A stretch of DNA of 64,000 bases from Tubiluchus corallicola (taxonomy: Eukaryota; Animalia; Priapulida), in contig JAQGDQ010000278.1 of assembly GCA_030141605.1 (NCBI GenBank), positions 1 to 64,000 on the forward strand, written 5' to 3'. Positions 39,301 to 53,655 of this stretch are shown here, in pieces. Each line of letters begins with the position of its first letter. The first letter of the stretch is position 1. The position numbers and the translations under genes were made by a program. A model generated the notes under the pieces. It saw only the letters and a program-made list of their open reading frames with translations. It had not been told where the DNA came from and made no database searches.

Positions 39301-39376
39301 TGTATGGTATCGTATACAGTATAGGCTGCCTATTTACATGAGTAGTCTACCAGTAGTACCATGTTTTCTACAAAAT

Positions 39377-39390
39377 GTTGCTATGGCAAT
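39377..39390. promoter_or_regulatory. RFX-binding X-box, candidate CFAP69 promoter element
   Basis: GTTGCTATGGCAAT, one base from the X-box GTTGCTATGGCAAC, upstream of a ciliary gene. Confidence 0.65.
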
Positions 39391-40161
39391 CCAGTGTATA
39401 TTTGTAACTGTGCGTGTTAGGACTATAATTTTGTCATGTACTTGAAAATGTTCAGTAAAGTCTAGGTTTTAAGAAGCATGTGTTTCTAGCTGGTATTGTG
39501 TTTTGAATAATCGCTGATGCTATGTAACTTGTGACTGTGACATATGTTGTAAAACCATTTTTAATGCTTTATACTGTATGCATTTTACGTACAAATTTAA
39601 AAACCGCTTACTTTCAAACAAATGAGTTAATAATTACAGCTGCAACTTAATCTTAATTATGTAATTCATGTTTTCTCATTTTATTATCTTTTATGTATAT
39701 TTGTAGCTACGTTTTATAGTACCAAAAATTTAAAAAGTATAGTAAAAACTTCTTTTTGGACTGGACACATTCTTTTTCCCGTAATATTATTAATTGTTAT
39801 GTATGTGAAGTGTGAACCATACTCTTAAAACATCATAAATGTGACTGTAATTTCCGTTCTTTTCGATTGATTCTGTTTTTGCAATAGACATTACAGTTGG
39901 TTTGACTTGTTTTTCCTTTGAGTGATAACGCATATAAGGTAGAACCAGGGTCTCACATTTCATTGTTATCTATATTTACTATGTAACTCTGAAATTGCGT
40001 CACTTTACTTTTGGTGGCCCGCATATATTTATGCACGTTATGCGTTGCTTTTCACCTTGCACAGGTCTCCCTGGCCAACTTGTTGTACTGTGTCTATTTT
40101 GTTATGGCTAAGATAAATAAACAAGATAACAAATAAATAAATAAATAAATAAATAAATAAA

Positions 40162-40326
40162 TGGAAGGAGTTTACAATTCTTCACACAATTTAAATACCC
40201 TAACCCTAACCCTAACCATAGCTTTAATTCTAACCCTAAGCTTCAAACCAACCCTAATCCTAGCCCTATTCCTAATCCACTCCACGAACTAGTTTCTTGT
40301 GTGTGGAGGATTGTAAACTTTAGCCA
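40162..40326 (+). mobile_element. Short inverted-repeat element with telomere-like (CCCTAA)n core, copy 1
   Basis: IR AGTTTACAATTCTTCACACA / TGTGTGGAGGATTGTAAACT; inserted in a (TAAA)n tract. Confidence 0.75.
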
Positions 40327-42513
40327 AATAAATAAATAAATAAATAGATAAACAAATAAATGAATAGCAAAATAAATACCAAATATCTGTACTGAAGCAA
40401 GATTAAATTAAAATAAAATAAAGTAAATCGCGATGGGAGTGGTAACCATCACAGGTGCAAAACCTAACCCAGATAACAGAAAATGCACTTGTACATGTTG
40501 GAAAGCTGTTGCTTAATAATTTATCTGTAGCCAAATCAAAATAGCAAAACTATAGGACTAATGTAAAAGCCTTAACATTAGAAATTCAATTAAGAACACA
40601 TATCGACTGAGTGGCTGGTTGTCACTGAGACGACTTGTAGACTCTCTTGCTCGGAGAGGCGAACTGGGGATTTAGAAGCTAGATTGAAAGCGCTTGATAA
40701 AAGCACTCGTATTGGAACTCCTATTGATTGTTCTTCTCTGAATCCCTTTGTGGCGTATCTGTCAGGAGCAATTTGTCTGCTGGACACTTACACACTTGAG
40801 CGTACATTCTCTTGCGTATCTGTGAGCAAAACTTGAATTTTGTTTGTTAGCTGGTGGCATTCAAAACAAACCACAAAACGCTCTGTAGTTACGCATGCTA
40901 AACTTAAAACTTTCTTTCTAACTTGATATTCCGTTCGTTATTAATGTGCTAGCCATACTATCACCTAACTTACTTCTTTTCACTCTTTACAGCAAAATGA
41001 CATACCCTGTCGAAAAATTGCCATACTACGTCTGTCGGCACAGAAAAAATCCAAACGCCAGCGTATGTTTGAAAGCGCCGTTAAAAAACTACTATCCCTT
41101 ATGTGACCTTGTCCTTTCACGTTAACGGGGCTCTGTAGAAATACACTTCGACACACTGAAAGTTGAAATTTAACTTAGCAGCAAAGCTTACTTGATGTGC
41201 ATGAATGTGGTGAGACCGGAACATAGCTCTTTAACAAAGATATTCCTCTTTCGTCTAATCAATAGATCTGTATGAACAATAGCGTGTTAATGCAGACACA
41301 GTAATTAAAGGTAATAATTAACCTTTCTGCCTACATTTCATGAAACATATTTAGCCTCGGTAGAAGTTACTGAGCAATTCTCTAACATTTTTGCAATAAC
41401 AATTACTGTTTTAGTGTTACTTTTGAAACTCACAGAAGCCATACTAACTGAGCCCACAATTTTTCAATCGTGCTTTAGTTACAGTACAAGCTTTTGTGCA
41501 GATAAATAAAATAATTGTAATTTCAGTGATCATCCATATCTAGTACTGTCTACTACTCAACCACAAAGTCAAAGAAACTGCATTAGTTTTCAGTTTCAGC
41601 TAGTATCTCAGTCCAGCGATGGGTTATCACTTTCTCGTTTATCCGCAAGCGAATTTTATGTGAAATCACTGAAAGGTGAACATCCGCCTATCCGCAAGTC
41701 GGTAAAAATGTAGGAAAAAGTAGACTTGCTATGTGTTAAAATTGCTTTAGTTAAAAACGTTTTTGTATGAAGCTAGGAGTTATAGTCACTAATCAATGAT
41801 AAATTATTACCCAGCTTTGAAGGCAAAAGAGTTTTGCGCAAAATCCTCAATTTAGGCATTAATAATCCGCAATCCGTATATCCGTTAATGCTAATGTTGT
41901 TTGTTAAATGAGCGACGGTGAATAAATCTTATTTTTGTCTTTGAAATCCTCAAAAAAGTTGCGATTTGCGAATAATGATATATGTATCATTGCATACGTA
42001 TATAGTTTATTGAAGTACGTGTGTACAAAGTTCTGATTTGAGCTTAACATTAAAAATGATTTCAGCGCTGCTTTAAGATCTACATTTATTTCCGAGGGCT
42101 AAAAAGAAGACAGAATTAGATATGTATTCAATAAACAAAAAATGGCGAGATTGATGGCGCAACGAGAGTGCTATCTACATTCCGTACATTAAAAATTCAT
42201 ACCAATTCCCACGTTATAATTACTTCGACTTCCACGTTATAATTACGTCAGGTTACGAGTCTCGTGAATGGATCATAAAATTTGCAGAACCACAGCCTTG
42301 CTTATAAGGGGCTTATATCTTATTCTGTTTGCACTCAATAACTAGTGTATTATGCATAAAATGTATGATATTGAGGAATTAAGGCCAACGAATTTCCCCG
42401 ATTGTAACAGCATCAAGCAACGTGCAGATAAAATATTCGTTGAAAAAGAGAAATTTACAAAAAATTAAAAAATACAAGTAAAAGTTAGACAAGTGGCGTA
42501 CAAGTAAAAAATA

Positions 42514-42702
42514 CGACTAAGGTTTACAATTCCCACACACATGGAATTAGTTCGTGAAGTGGATTTGCGTTAAGTTTTAGGGTTAAGGTGAGGGTTGGGG
42601 ATGAGGTTGGAGATTGGGTTAGAGGTATGGTACTTAAATTGTGTTATGGTTAGAGTTATGGTTAAGGTGTTTAAACTATGTGGGGAATTGTAAACTTCTT
42701 CA
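42514..42702 (-). mobile_element. Same telomere-core element, copy 2
   Basis: GGTTTACAATTCCCACACA / TGTGGGGAATTGTAAACT IR; degenerate TTAGGG core; shared TAGTTCGTG-AGTGGATT segment. Confidence 0.75.
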
Positions 42703-45469
42703 AAAATACAAATTATACATTCTTCACATAAAAGCATTATACACATAAAATTAACCAATGGCTTTTACAACTGATATTCTATTCAACAGAAAACGTTAAA
42801 AACTTATTGAAATCTTTACTATTGAGCAGTGCAGCAGCTAATGGTACAAAACTGTTTTTACATCTACTTGTTTTGAATTTTGGCAGCATGAAGTGGCAGC
42901 TCTTCTACAAGTATACACACATATACGTATTCAGGTTAATATAGTTTAATAATGTATTTGATACAATCCTTTGTACGTCTTCATTCAGTCATTCTTATTA
43001 TTCACGTTCGAGATTTAGTACATTAAGACACTTTAAACAGACATTTCCTTTAGCAGATAATTTAAAATTAAACAAGTGACAGTTGTGTTCAAGTATGTTA
43101 AGAAGTAAGAGTACTAGAATAATAAACAAGTCCGCCTATAGTCAGTTTTTTTTAGTTTTTGTTAACTTTTATGAGTAGTTTGTATGTACAAAGTGACTGT
43201 TAAATTGTTCTACTAGTATGGTACATAAATTTAATAGATTAGTAATATTATCTCCCTCCTCTAGCTTAGTTTAGACATCTTGCGATCCCTTTAACGCCCA
43301 ACTAATGTCACCTTCCCCAGGAATAACTTTGACTCGTGGCACCCTTCTGTGAACAGCTATTAAGGTTTAATACGACACCCCATCTTACTCTCATAATGAC
43401 GTAAAGCTTTTTTATTAAATGCCCATCGCTTCATCAAGCAATGTTTCAAGCTCGAAAGTCACGTACAATCAAGTCAATTAACCTAAATGCGAAATCAGGC
43501 TGAAATAAGAAATTAGACTAGTTACATTGCATGATATGATTTTGTTCTGTTCCGTTCATATTGAACTGCTGGTGGCTCCTCGCCACCCGGGGGTGGTTCG
43601 GGCATACAGGTACGGAAGCGGAGCAGCCTAATATTGACTTCCACATAACCACAATTAAACAAGACTGAAATAAATAACGCTGAAGATTTAACTGGAAAGA
43701 GATCTAAATATTACACGGCCTAAAGGTAACTATCGCAAGATTTTAAACAAACTAAAGAAAACAGAACAAAGAAATAAAGTGGATAGACTGATACCTAACT
43801 TGCCATATAGCGGGTAGTAGGAGAGCGCTAAGCCTGACGGAAGAAACACAAGCACAAGAACCACCAACTCTGAACGAACCCGATTACCACTGAAGCTCCA
43901 AAGTACAGAATGTTTCCACCCTCCTTTTATAACCTTCCCCAAAATAGTGTACATGTCAGAGATAGAGACAAAATAAAACCTGACTGGTTGAAAGCAAAAA
44001 GGTGTGAAGATTTAGTCAATAAGAACCGAAATATTTGTAAAAGAATAATTTAGAAGACTTAGGTTTGAACTACTGGTACTTTTAGGGGTGACATGCAACA
44101 CTAGTTTGGTAAGCATGCATGAATAAGGGTAAACGTTGTGCAGAGCGGGCCGCCCAAGCGCCTGCGCTACACTACTTTCAAGAACTCATCCACGCAGGAC
44201 CTACTCTTTACATTCCTCAGTTATCTTACTGTAGTATCTATTTTAATGTTAATCCTACCTGGATCCCTTAAGCTTAGCGTCAGTTATTCTAGTATATCAG
44301 TGTCTGTGGGCGAGTTGAATTTTTTCATAGCATTCATTGGCCAGCTGATGTTTGGAAGCTTGGATACTAGCCTAGGTAGTTCGTCTGGTTGTCTTGGACG
44401 CTTCGAGATTCGTAGCTTATCGATTCATGGTTTAATAAACCAGCTAAAACTTAACAAAATTACCCCATTCGTAACTGTTAAACAGTGGCAGGACAATGCG
44501 CTAGTTTAACCTAACCTAGTTTAACCTAATCTATTGCCTAATTCAAATTACGAGGGTAATTGCTTAAGATCTTCCTATAATAATATACAGTAAAACAAAT
44601 TTAATATAATACACTTTATTACAAAATTTAAAAGACACAAAGTCCCAGATAGGAGCGTACAATTGATGATACTCCTCCGGGAGTTAACACACATTAAATA
44701 CACATTAACTTATACATTACAGGTTTTACATAAACACTTAAATGACAAACACTAGCATACTGTGAGATCAAAACGGTAAAAGTTGTAAATAAATTTATGA
44801 TAAAAATAATTAAATCTATTTCAAATTTAGGTATTAAAATTTATACAGATACAGAATATTCTTGTGTACCAGGCACAGACTTTAAAGATGGAACTTGCCA
44901 ATCTGGTGGGAATTTAGAATAGAAAATTGCATATGATGAGATGATAGCAAGTTTTATTAAGTCTTTTCGCATTTCAGAATGTTTTCCTTTGTAATGACAC
45001 CGCTTGAAAAGTATTTTAAGCATATTGTAATTGTCGGCAGAAATAAAACAGCGCCTGCCGATCTCATATGGAACACACAATACCTGAAAATTTTGTTTTT
45101 CAAGATCTGATATTAAGGTTGCATATCTCTTTGTTTTATGATCTCTAGCTTCATGAATATTTTCTGTTATATCGAATGGAACGGTAGCTCAGCTATTATT
45201 AAGAAGCGAGATTCTGGAAAAAAATCGCTACGTCAGAGATTTTTGTTGTTTGTACCCATTCGGGATTAATAGTGCCCTGTTGAGGTGGTGAATAGTGAAT
45301 TGGTGAATCAGCGTACAAAATGGATGGTTCGTTGGTTGAATTAAGATTTGATTGTACAGACTTAACAATGTGATTTAGAATATAGTAAACAGACTAGAAT
45401 TCCTAGACCTAGACGATAATCAAGCAGCATAATTAACTAACTAGATAGCTAGCCAGGCAGTCAGTCAGC

Positions 45470-45657
45470 CAGTTAACCAACCATCCAACCAACAAATCAC
45501 CCAGCAAACCAAAAAAAAACAACCAACCATCAACCAACCAACTAATCAACCAACCAATCAACAAACCAACCAACCAAAAACAAACCAAACAAATAACTAA
45601 CCACCATCCAACCAACCAAACAAATAAAAAAACAAATCAATTAACCAAACAACCAAC
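45470..45657. repeat. Degenerate (AACC)n microsatellite
   Basis: Read directly. Confidence 0.85.
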
Positions 45658-45966
45658 TTCTATTTTATTACTTTTCAGGTTTTTTGTTGCTGCTAGATAG
45701 ACAGAAGACGCTCAGGTGCTTTTATCATGTTTTATTTGCAACAGACAACAGATGACCGCGTTGAACTATTTTTCATTGGGGAAACGCACGAAGAATGAAA
45801 AGTCGACATTTCGACATCCTTAATCGCAATACTGAATATAAAGGGACGTCAATTTATCATTCTCTGAAGTCGGAGAGCTAGGAGTTGAGAGTCGCGTACG
45901 CTGACGTTAGATATTCTATTGTGAAGCTGTGAAAACTAGAGAAACGAAAATAGCATTACAAGTAAC

Positions 45967-46351
45967 CAGCCCCGGATTATGACCTTTTGAGATCCCTTGG
46001 CTCATGAAATTATGGAGTCCCCTTATGTGAAGCCACCTTCTAACTCACCCGCACCTGTCTTGAATATTTTTACATGTGTTATATTTTAGTGGCATTTACA
46101 TAACTCGAAGTAAACTTATTGCAAATTCTTTAAACAAGCTAGAACATCTATCTTTTGCTTTGTCAATAAAAATATTCATTAAGAAATACCACTATTTTAC
46201 TATTTATTGCAAATCAAATTAGCACGTATTTCAACACAACCTTAGTGAAAAAACAATTTTTTTACCAAATGTTACCAAAGCCTGAGGGCCCACAAAGCTT
46301 GAGGGCCCCTAGGCTGCACCCTGTGTTAGCCTATAAGATAATCCGGCCCTG
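45967..46351 (-). mobile_element. hAT-like MITE
   Basis: TIR CAGCCCCGGATTAT / ATAATCCGGCCCTG; perfect 8-bp TSD CAAGTAAC. Confidence 0.88.
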
Positions 46352-47648
46352 CAAGTAACAGTAATTTTTGTGCAGCCATCTTGCAAAGTACGCTTATTCT
46401 CTCGCAATGCCATGGACCATTATGGAAATGTTGTGTATACAATTTAATGTCCTGTGTGTAAAAAATAAATTCTATTCTATCCCATTAAATTAAATTTAAA
46501 AAACTGTTATTATAAACATATTTACTTTTATATTTCGTAGATGTGTTTGTTATACAGTATGTTGATCAGACATCTACTAATACATGTGACAAAGTAGCAT
46601 TAGTTTAACAGTAAAAAAATTTCAAACTGTTATCACGTGAGAAATGCAAGCATCAAATATCTTACTACTACATGATGTACAGTCCGCCTCTGGACATAAG
46701 AATGTGCCCAGTAAATATTATTTAATGAACTTATATCGCCCATGTGACCATGTCACTTAAGTGTGAGAATTAAGCTATTATAACTCCTGCCCAGTAGACG
46801 GATTATAGCTCTGAACGTCAACAAACCCAACTAGTAAATTCTACTCCTGGAGGCATTAAATTCTAGCACTTCTTCTTATGTTAATTACCTCTGTTTTACG
46901 CAACTGATGTTAATTGTGGTTACGACTCTGATTTAACATGTTAACAGTGTTAGCTTATACGTGATTCTTCAAACCACTGAAGCTTACCAAAGTATAAGCC
47001 CCTGGCGGATATTACATTCTCTGGTAGTATCACATTGAGGGTCAGTTACACCTCTCCGTTAGACACGATCCAAGAAGCGTTTTTCGAAGTTTTCCTGGAG
47101 CTCGTAAGGATTCCTACTTGGTTTCTGACGAGAGAAAATTTTGTCTTTTCTCTTGTCCTGGGACATCTTCTGACGAACAGAATTACAATAATATAGAGAG
47201 CTCAGAGTTAGTTTCAAGTGTGTAGTTATCGTCACTTGGTTACATCTGGATTGTCATTTTTTATTTCTCTTATAATGTTTTAATTTTGCAATTGTTGTCG
47301 TAATTGCAACATGTTTTTTCATCAAATTAAAGAACTGTTGCTAAAGTAAACTCTACACTACCTGCTACATGAGCGGGATTCGGTACACAGCACAAACACT
47401 TATCGCAAAAAAAGGACAAACATTAAAACCGATCATATTTATGAAGGCCAGTCCATATATAATACTAAGCAGTGCCGAATAAAATAACATTGTAGAGTAT
47501 TTTTCAGCAAAAGTAGTGCTGGCAAGCCACTGGCATAGCAGTGTCTAGTTTTTTGCTGAATTACTGCTGAATTTGCTGTCTTGAGCGCGGATTACTTTTA
47601 TTTTAAAATTCTGACTGCCCGGTATCCACAATTATACGTGATTGGCAT

Positions 47649-47716
47649 ATGATGATGACGACGACGATGATGATGAGGATGACGACGAAGACGACGACGA
47701 CGACGACGACGACGAC

Positions 47717-47754
<38 letters not shown>
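47649..47754. repeat. (GAT)n/(GAC)n microsatellite
   Basis: Read directly. Confidence 0.95.
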
Positions 47755-47838
47755 GTATTTTGTACACTGATATGTTCTGAGCAGGGGTTATAATGATACA
47801 TTCTACAATGGGTTTGCTGCTATATCGCAACAAAACCA

Positions 47839-47937
47839 TTAGGGCTTGGATTAGGGTTAGCGTTAGGGTTAGGGTAGGGTTGGGTTTGGGTTAAGATTAG
47901 GGTATTTAAATTGTGTGAGGGAATTGTTAACTTTTTC
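47839..47937 (-). mobile_element. Telomere-core element, partial copy 3
   Basis: TTAGGG-like units followed by GGTATTTAAATTGTGTGAGGGAATTGTTAACT, matching the end of copy 1. Confidence 0.7.
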
Positions 47938-49667
47938 TAACCATCGTAGTCTCATAACTAATAGAGTTTTTTCAATCATTTTACATGTTGTAATCCTGTT
48001 AATTGTCTGATACGAAAAAATGCTTTCATTTTTGCCACTTTTATGCGTTTCACATCACATTGGCATTCACAGAAATTCGAAACTACATATTTGTCTCGAT
48101 TCTGCAAATTATATGTAAATAATCTCATAAACCGGCGTGACTGTAACACGGAATTCAATCGGATGAGAAATTTTCTTATTGGATTTCATTTTTACTCTGA
48201 CTCGGGATTATCAGATCGAATACAAGCCGCTGCGTCAAATACATCCAGTTTATGCACTTCTACTGGGAGTGCGCGAAGCACAATCAAAATTTTTACACGG
48301 CGGTGTATAATAAAATCAAAGTACTGTTAGCTGTGGAGTTTTTAATGCAACGTGAATTCACTGTTGATATTCCGTGTATCGTGTATAAGAGAGTTAACAG
48401 GAGTTAACAGTTGAAGTTAACTATGGGCTTAGGCACTTAAACAGTTTCAACTATGGGCTTGGGCACTGCCAATTTCATTTATTGTAAACATTTAGGTTGC
48501 AATATTCCAAAATTAAAGAACGCTATTTGATTTTCTAGTCCAAAGCGAAGTACAATGATAAGCAGTTCCCTGTACGCCAAAATCCCACAGGCAGTTCAGA
48601 TGTCTCTGCTTGCCTCCTTTTTAAGAATGAGTGTGAGTGTTCGCCTTACCCTTTTTTATAAATCAGCCACTAGTTTCACTAAACTAGAAAGTACGCAAAA
48701 AATAGGAGAATGATTTCCAGTCGAGTCTGATTTAGCAGAAATAAGGAAACATCATGCTGTGACGTATCTCACAGAAACAAACTTGATTAGAAAACTGAGA
48801 TAGTGCTGAGGTTGTAGGAAACATCAATAACACTATAATATCAAAAAGAAGCTAAAATGAACAAATCTTCCGGCTTGATTTTAGGAACTAGAACTAGGAG
48901 ATTACATACCTAATTTTTAACGTAACACAATTCAGAATCCTGCAAGCTGGAATCCAGCATTAAACAGCAAGTAAATGAGATAGTTGTGGCAGGACCGGTA
49001 TACGATTCTTTATCAAGGCTATGCCTCTATATTCTGAACATATATGAAACCTCCCGTAGTGAGTACCGAGCCAGTACAGACATCGACTCAGTGACAAGCT
49101 TCTTAACACGGTCACTAAGACGACACCGAGACTGCATCTCCCTTCATAATAAATGATTTATAATGGTTTTAACTGCAATCACTACAGTCACAACGACAGA
49201 AAATTGCACAATATGTTCCTCTTGTTATATGTTTCTTTTTTGCTTTTTCACAAAGCTTTAGTATAAATAATTAGTATATTTAGTTCTGTGAACAAAATTC
49301 GTTTTAAAAAAAAGAACGCATGAAATGTAGATGACTCTGTCACAAGAAACGATTAAACTTTACTTTCAGCGATGTCCTTTATCTTGTTCGAAAACGGGCG
49401 CAAAACTGAGTAGCAACACGGTTTTACTACTTGCAAACATTTCAAAACGACGTAGTTGTTGATTTCGTCGTTAATTTTTATACTTGTATGTCAAGTCGCA
49501 CGCGCAGTATGGCTTGATTTAATAACTACGTGGATAATGCTACTTTGCAAATTTTTAAAACACTGATAGTTACTAACCCTAGTATTTAGTCAGCGTCTTT
49601 CAGAAGAAGCTTTATAGTTAGTTTTTACTTACATGAGTTATCGCAAAGCATATACGTAAGTTAAGAC

Positions 49668-49834
49668 AGGATAGGATAGGATAGGATAGGATAGGATAGG
49701 ATAGGATAGGATAGCATAGCATAGGATAGGATAGGATAGGATAGCATAGGATAGGATAGGATAGGATAGGATAGGATAGGATAGGATAGGATAGGATAGG
49801 ATAGGATAGGATAGGATAGGATAGGATAGGATAG
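49668..49834. repeat. (ATAGG)n pentanucleotide microsatellite
   Basis: Read directly; a few ATAGC variants. Confidence 0.97.
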
Positions 49835-52800
49835 ATTTATTGCGTCCGTCTTGTTGAATGTTTTCAATGAACGGGGAAACAGATCCAAGATATCTATCAT
49901 AGATTCCTGTTAAAATAGACTACTATTTAAATGTTTAAAACTTTTTTCAAGCGACGTTAAAATCACTAAGTGTATTCAATGAAATTTCAGGTAGACTGAA
50001 TACGTTATCCACATTATTGAACATGAATGAGTTACTTCACGGGATGGCTTTCTCAATCCTCACTTTACACCTCTTTTCATTCGCACGGTGAAATTCAAAT
50101 AAAAACATCTATTAGTTACAGGATAAGATGCTTCTTGCATTATAAGAGAGCAGACATTTTATTTGCTGTGAGTTTCCGTTCGTTATTTATTCATGTGGGT
50201 TCTCTGAAGGCTGTAATGTTAGCCGGGTAATTTTTTCCTGTCATTACGGACAGTGTTTATATCGTGCGGACATGTGAATACAGGCAGAACAACATTTAGG
50301 AGAAAAACTATACTTTTTCTGCAGCGACAGGGAAATCTCTGGTCTAACGTATAGTCCTCGTAATGGAATGAACAGAATTTGAGGAGTTTGAAGGCTGGTC
50401 CTTGCCGGGGCAATAAGTAAAATCTGGGGCATATGTTTACAGATTCTGCAGTCATTCAGAAGCCGTACTGAGGTTCAGTCATTATACCTTCATACTCCAT
50501 CGATTTATAATCCGAAAATGCTTGAAAACAGAAGTGAATTTTTTTAAAGCTCATTGGGATAACTGAGAGTATAATTTATCTAACTTATTACCAGTTTAAT
50601 CTCCTAATTGCTTTTCGATTTTCAATTAAATTTTAAAGGCGTTTTTTACCAAAAAAATTTACTAGAAAATGTCCATAAAAATTAGCATTGAAATGTCTCT
50701 TGTTTTTTTCAGCGGATCTCCCGCTTAGTACACGAAAACGTCTTTGCGATGACGAAAAAATCAATAATTAAAGTTAATTACTTGTATTAGATTTGTCTAT
50801 AGAGCTGAACCTTGAAAATGTAGTTGTCTCTGTTAATAACCAGTTTAATAATATGTTTACTTCAAGCTATGTAAATGACGCTATGATACATCACGAGTAA
50901 AAAACCTAGGAACAGCGAAACGTTATAATGTGTTTGTTAAGATATGGTATCAAATAATAGTGGTATTTGACACTACATCAGTAATACTATATCACTCTTG
51001 CTACAGTTTCTGTGGTTTCGCCCAGCTTTTTGGTATATTTGTTTCCTAACTTGGCTAAAAATTATTTTGTTGTCCTTTAAGTGATACGTCGGTTATCTTG
51101 AAGGTTGGTAATTTACAACATGTAAACGGTTTAAAAACGTTTTTATGCCAAACGTAATCAATTTAAAGATTGATGAAGAAAAGCTCAACATGAAGGATAA
51201 CGTCACATATTATAAATAGAGAAGTCGTGGCGACATGCTTGCTTTTTTCGACTACAGCTGAATCGATGTAGGCATATTTATTATTGAATAGATCGTTGAG
51301 AATGACATTCTCCACAGAAGCGGGATAATTGATTCTGTCAAAAGCCATCCAGATACTGACCCACTTAACTGTACACAGGCTGCAAAATGAATAAAAATGG
51401 TGTAATTATTATGAGACGATCAGCAGAAGTCCCTTGTAATCTTGTAATCTTTTTTTACTAATGTATGTTCTATACCGATCGCACTAGCCTGCGTTGTCCA
51501 TGTAATTATACGCAGCACCAATGACAAAAAACGCATCAAAAAGGGACAGAATAGGAGAGCACAGCACAGGCAGGACAGGACAAGGCAGGGCAAAACAGGT
51601 CAGGACAGAACAGAGCACAGCAGAGCAGAGAGCAGTTTACGCTAGGCCTGACAGAGACCTCCGAAACAAACGAATTATTGTTATGTAGAGAAGCTTTTAT
51701 CGAAAATGAAAAGGATGTATGGACATGTTTTTGAGTCCCCCTTTCTTAGAAATAAGCTGTTACTTTTGAATAAGCAATCGATTTGTGGTTTGCCCAGAAT
51801 AAAACATAAAAAAACATAAAACGCCCTGTTCTAACTTGCGGAAGATTTAGAATTGATAGAACCCGTCTTAAAGAAATAATAACAAGTTTAAAATGATCGA
51901 AACTTCGAAACTTGAAAGACGTAAGATAAGGAAAGTTGGAACGCTTTGATTTGAACCAGGGTTCTTTTGTTTAAAGACAGACATCTTAAGTCACTAGATC
52001 GATTGATGACTGTCGTTAATTAATTAAGTAAATGTGTAAAGTGGACTTGTAACATTATAAGTTACACATAACCTCACTAACCTGCTTTACCAAGGTAATA
52101 GAAACTACAGACGCCCAGGCTATTGCGGGCCCATCTGTTCGTTACAGACTTTGTTACTGTAATTGAATAAAATGATCAAAACGCGGACCTACTCATCGAT
52201 TGCAATGCAAATTGTGTTATCAACAGGCAAATAGGCATCATAAAACACGTATCATCAGTAAACAGACGGGCATATCATGGACGAACACGTATAAATTACT
52301 TTCTCACAGTTTCAACGGGTTTAATGCAGTAAAATCACCTACAGATAGCGATAACGGTTAATGTTTTTATCAGGAAATATTTTTGTGCAGATTTCTTTTT
52401 AGTATGAATGTCCAGATTACCATTTGTGTCGCGCGCGTCGTTCAGATTTGCAACCTCCCTGGCTCGAAGATGCTGCAAGTGATGACTGTCATTATTCCAC
52501 ACACTAGCCGACGGTTGGTAATAGTCTGCATACAAATTCGAGAAATTTTATATGATAATCACATAGGAGTTGCAAGCCACCCGGTCAGAGTGAGGCATAC
52601 ACTCTGTGTGCAAACAGCGAATGTTTTTTTTTGTTAATATTTTAGGGGTCAAATTTTGCTTAACGCTCGTCAATGTGACACATCACGCTGGTCATAATAA
52701 AAGATGATGTCATTATATTTCATGATTATAATTAATTATGGTATCTATCTGATTTTGTATCTGATGTTTATACACTTTATCTTTTTTTAATAAGCATTTA

Positions 52801-53571
52801 TACCCACTGATTCTCTTGTCACTTCTCTAATATGGGTCAGCTGGTAACTTGCTGTTTGGGGATTCTGGCATGATAGGGAAGGCCTAATGATGTTCATACG
52901 CTTTTTATGTTCTTCATATGCTTTTATATTTTTTTATTGTACTTTTGTGCTTAAATTAGTACTAGATTAGTTGGTGTGTAGTTATTAAGACCGAACTAAA
53001 AACTACCTTGATCACAAGTGGCTGTGAGGTCTATAGTCATGCTTTTGGTACGGACTTTTACTGTAAGAGCTGTGGTTCAAATCCGGGCCAATTTTCAATT
53101 TTCATGTTGCATAACGTCCATTTTGCAAATACTGCGTTAGCTAGCAAGCTATCAAGTTTGAATTATGAAGTGAGTCCTTGACCACTAAGGACGTAATCCA
53201 AATGTTTCTGGGTTTAAATTTAGCCTAGGAAGTGCGCAGTTTGTAAAGAGACTAGAAAATAAAACTCACGTTTTTGTTTCTGAATATCCCGTTTTTGTCA
53301 GCTAAGAGTTAAGCGTGCATACATAAAATGCTGCCAATAAAACAAGTTGCTACGTAATTGCCCTGTTATCTAGCTAATAAGGTGATTAAGTATTACTTTA
53401 TTGGCGGCACAATGCCAAATTAAACTTGTAGGCTCAACTAAATTCTGTGATTAACTAGCACGTAATTACGAGCAGTTAAGCCAAACTTTATGCAAAATAT
53501 CATAAAAATAGGATATACCAGTTATTTGCCTCTCAAATGTTAATATGCAAGACGTTCTGGGTAATAACATT

Positions 53572-53655
53572 GATGATGGTGATGATGATGACGACGATGA
53601 TGACGACGACGACGACGACGACGATGACGACGACGACAACAACAGCAACAACAAT
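53572..53655. repeat. (GAT)/(GAC)/(AAC) compound microsatellite
   Basis: Read directly. Confidence 0.9.

Noticed and set aside
40197-40280. True telomere or chromosome fusion site
   Set aside because: The telomere-like units are short, degenerate and enclosed in a repeated inverted-repeat element.
51163-51360. ORF MAFDRINY... as a gene
   Set aside because: At most a decayed LINE RT motif (xAFDxI); too short and degenerate to call.
51940-53095. tRNA-like segments (about 51940-52010 on -, 53015-53090 on +, also 37910-37995)
   Set aside because: Only B-box-like remnants with no cloverleaf; probably decayed SINE heads, not tRNA genes.
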